From positions 186,001 through 250,000 of the IMG/VR virus record IMGVR_UViG_3300046092_000062: a DNA stretch of 64,000 bases. One strand, 5' to 3'. How positions within the stretch are numbered: position 1 is the first letter of the stretch; each line of letters opens with the position of its first letter. The notes under the pieces were generated by a model, which saw only the letters and a program-made list of their open reading frames with translations, did not search any database and was not told where the DNA came from. This document shows positions 63,158-64,000 of the stretch, one piece after another. Made by a program: the position numbers and the translations under genes.

Positions 63158-64000
63158 ATGTTTATTGCTGAAATGTTTACCGAAGCGGCACAACCGCAAG
63201 TAGTTGTAATTTATCCAGGGCGTTTCCAGCCCTTCCATCTAGGACATCGCGACGTATTTGAAAGCCTACAAGCCAAATACGGTCGCGACAGCGTCTACAT
63301 TGCAACCAGCAACAAGACAGAGCTGCCTAAAAGTCCCTTTAACTTCACAGACAAGACCATCTTAATGCACGCCGCAGGTGTGCCTAACGATCGCATCTTA
63401 GAAGTTAAAAGCCCTTACATCCTCCCCCCACAATTTGACCCTGCATCTACTGTGTTTGTAGTTGCAGTTGGCGCCCCCGACGCAGATCGTCTAAAGCCTG
63501 GTACATACAAGAAAGATGGCCAGCCTAGTTACTACCAAAAGTTTGAAGATCTAAGCAAGTGCCAAACTGCCGACAAGCATGGCTACGTTATTATTGCAGC
63601 AGAACGCAAGAAAGTCATCACAATCAATGGTCAGCAGTACGATGCTAGTCACGGCACTGAAAATCGCGCATTGTGGAACAGTATCCGTAGCGACGCTAAA
63701 GCACGTGGCGAATACCTATTGCAAATGTACGGACGCAATGACCCAGAAGTGGGCCGCATCTTAGACAAAATCCCAATGAATGAGGACTCTATCAGTCCAC
63801 ATGCTACAGACAGCGCAAGTGCTATTCCTGGCATTAGTGAGCATATTGTCAAACACGGTAGCCAATACCGTTTGCTTAGTAAGCACGGTAACAAAAATCT
63901 AGGTACTTTCCCAACTAAAGCTGCCGCACAAAAGCACGAACGTGAAGTGCAGTACTTTAAACATGCAGACGAAGGTATGGAAGAAGCATACGACCACAAT
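63158..64000 (+). CDS. HxGH nucleotidyltransferase (NadM/cytidylyltransferase-like), 3'-truncated by window end
   Basis: open frame of 281 codons to the end; YPGRFQPFHLGH; SPF.F..K; absent from track because no stop is in the window. Confidence 0.75.
   Translation, partial: MFIAEMFTEAAQPQVVVIYPGRFQPFHLGHRDVFESLQAKYGRDSVYIATSNKTELPKSPFNFTDKTILMHAAGVPNDRILEVKSPYILPPQFDPASTVFVVAVGAPDADRLKPGTYKKDGQPSYYQKFEDLSKCQTADKHGYVIIAAERKKVITINGQQYDASHGTENRALWNSIRSDAKARGEYLLQMYGRNDPEVGRILDKIPMNEDSISPHATDSASAIPGISEHIVKHGSQYRLLSKHGNKNLGTFPTKAAAQKHEREVQYFKHADEGMEEAYDHN

Noticed and set aside
107-63999. Numerous minus-strand and alternate-frame ORFs in the track (e.g. 9317-10171, 32242-32751, 56916-57482, 59103-59525)
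   Set aside because: They are shadows of well-supported plus-strand genes, with no SD or recognisable motifs.
1-64000. TAG-to-Gln (code 15) recoding suggested by the CUA tRNA
   Set aside because: Long conserved genes (clpA, ligase, tail proteins, nadV) are full length in the standard code, and TAG terminates some genes just before the next start.

Overview
64-kb fragment of a large, lytic, T4-like (distantly related) jumbo myovirus, read in the standard genetic code with almost all genes on the + strand. A Bug/TctC gene hints at a betaproteobacterial host (inference). Recognisable genes: NAMPT (nadV), two GroES homologues, ATP-dependent DNA ligase, Pth2-like protein, metallophosphoesterase, outer-membrane beta-barrel, IF-1, Fe/Mn SOD, tail/baseplate proteins, MazG-like NTP-PPase, a DnaE-like fragment, clamp loader, L7/L12-like protein, PhoH, a GH19 endolysin-spanin-holin lysis region, DnaJ, ClpA and a NadM-like HxGH nucleotidyltransferase cut by the window end. 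There is also one tRNA with a CUA (amber) anticodon, many sigma70-type early promoters, TAAATA late-type motifs and two candidate structured ncRNAs. The main signal is about 50 paralogous mini-genes (roughly 55-140 aa) in two tandem arrays (4406-9000; 16980-26910). They share a C-terminal F-x-x-E-x-D-x-x-x-F-x-L-[RK]-W-stop module, whose DNA (TTGAGGTGGNCATGA) also supplies the Shine-Dalgarno site and overlapping start codon of the next gene. Several members carry N-terminal fragments of essential phage proteins: two major-capsid (gp23-type) segments, one matching the Gol-peptide region, plus a PolB motif and a DnaB-type Walker A. This suggests a modular, shuffled decoy or peptide-display library. 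All family assignments are by eye from recalled motifs; no database searches were run.
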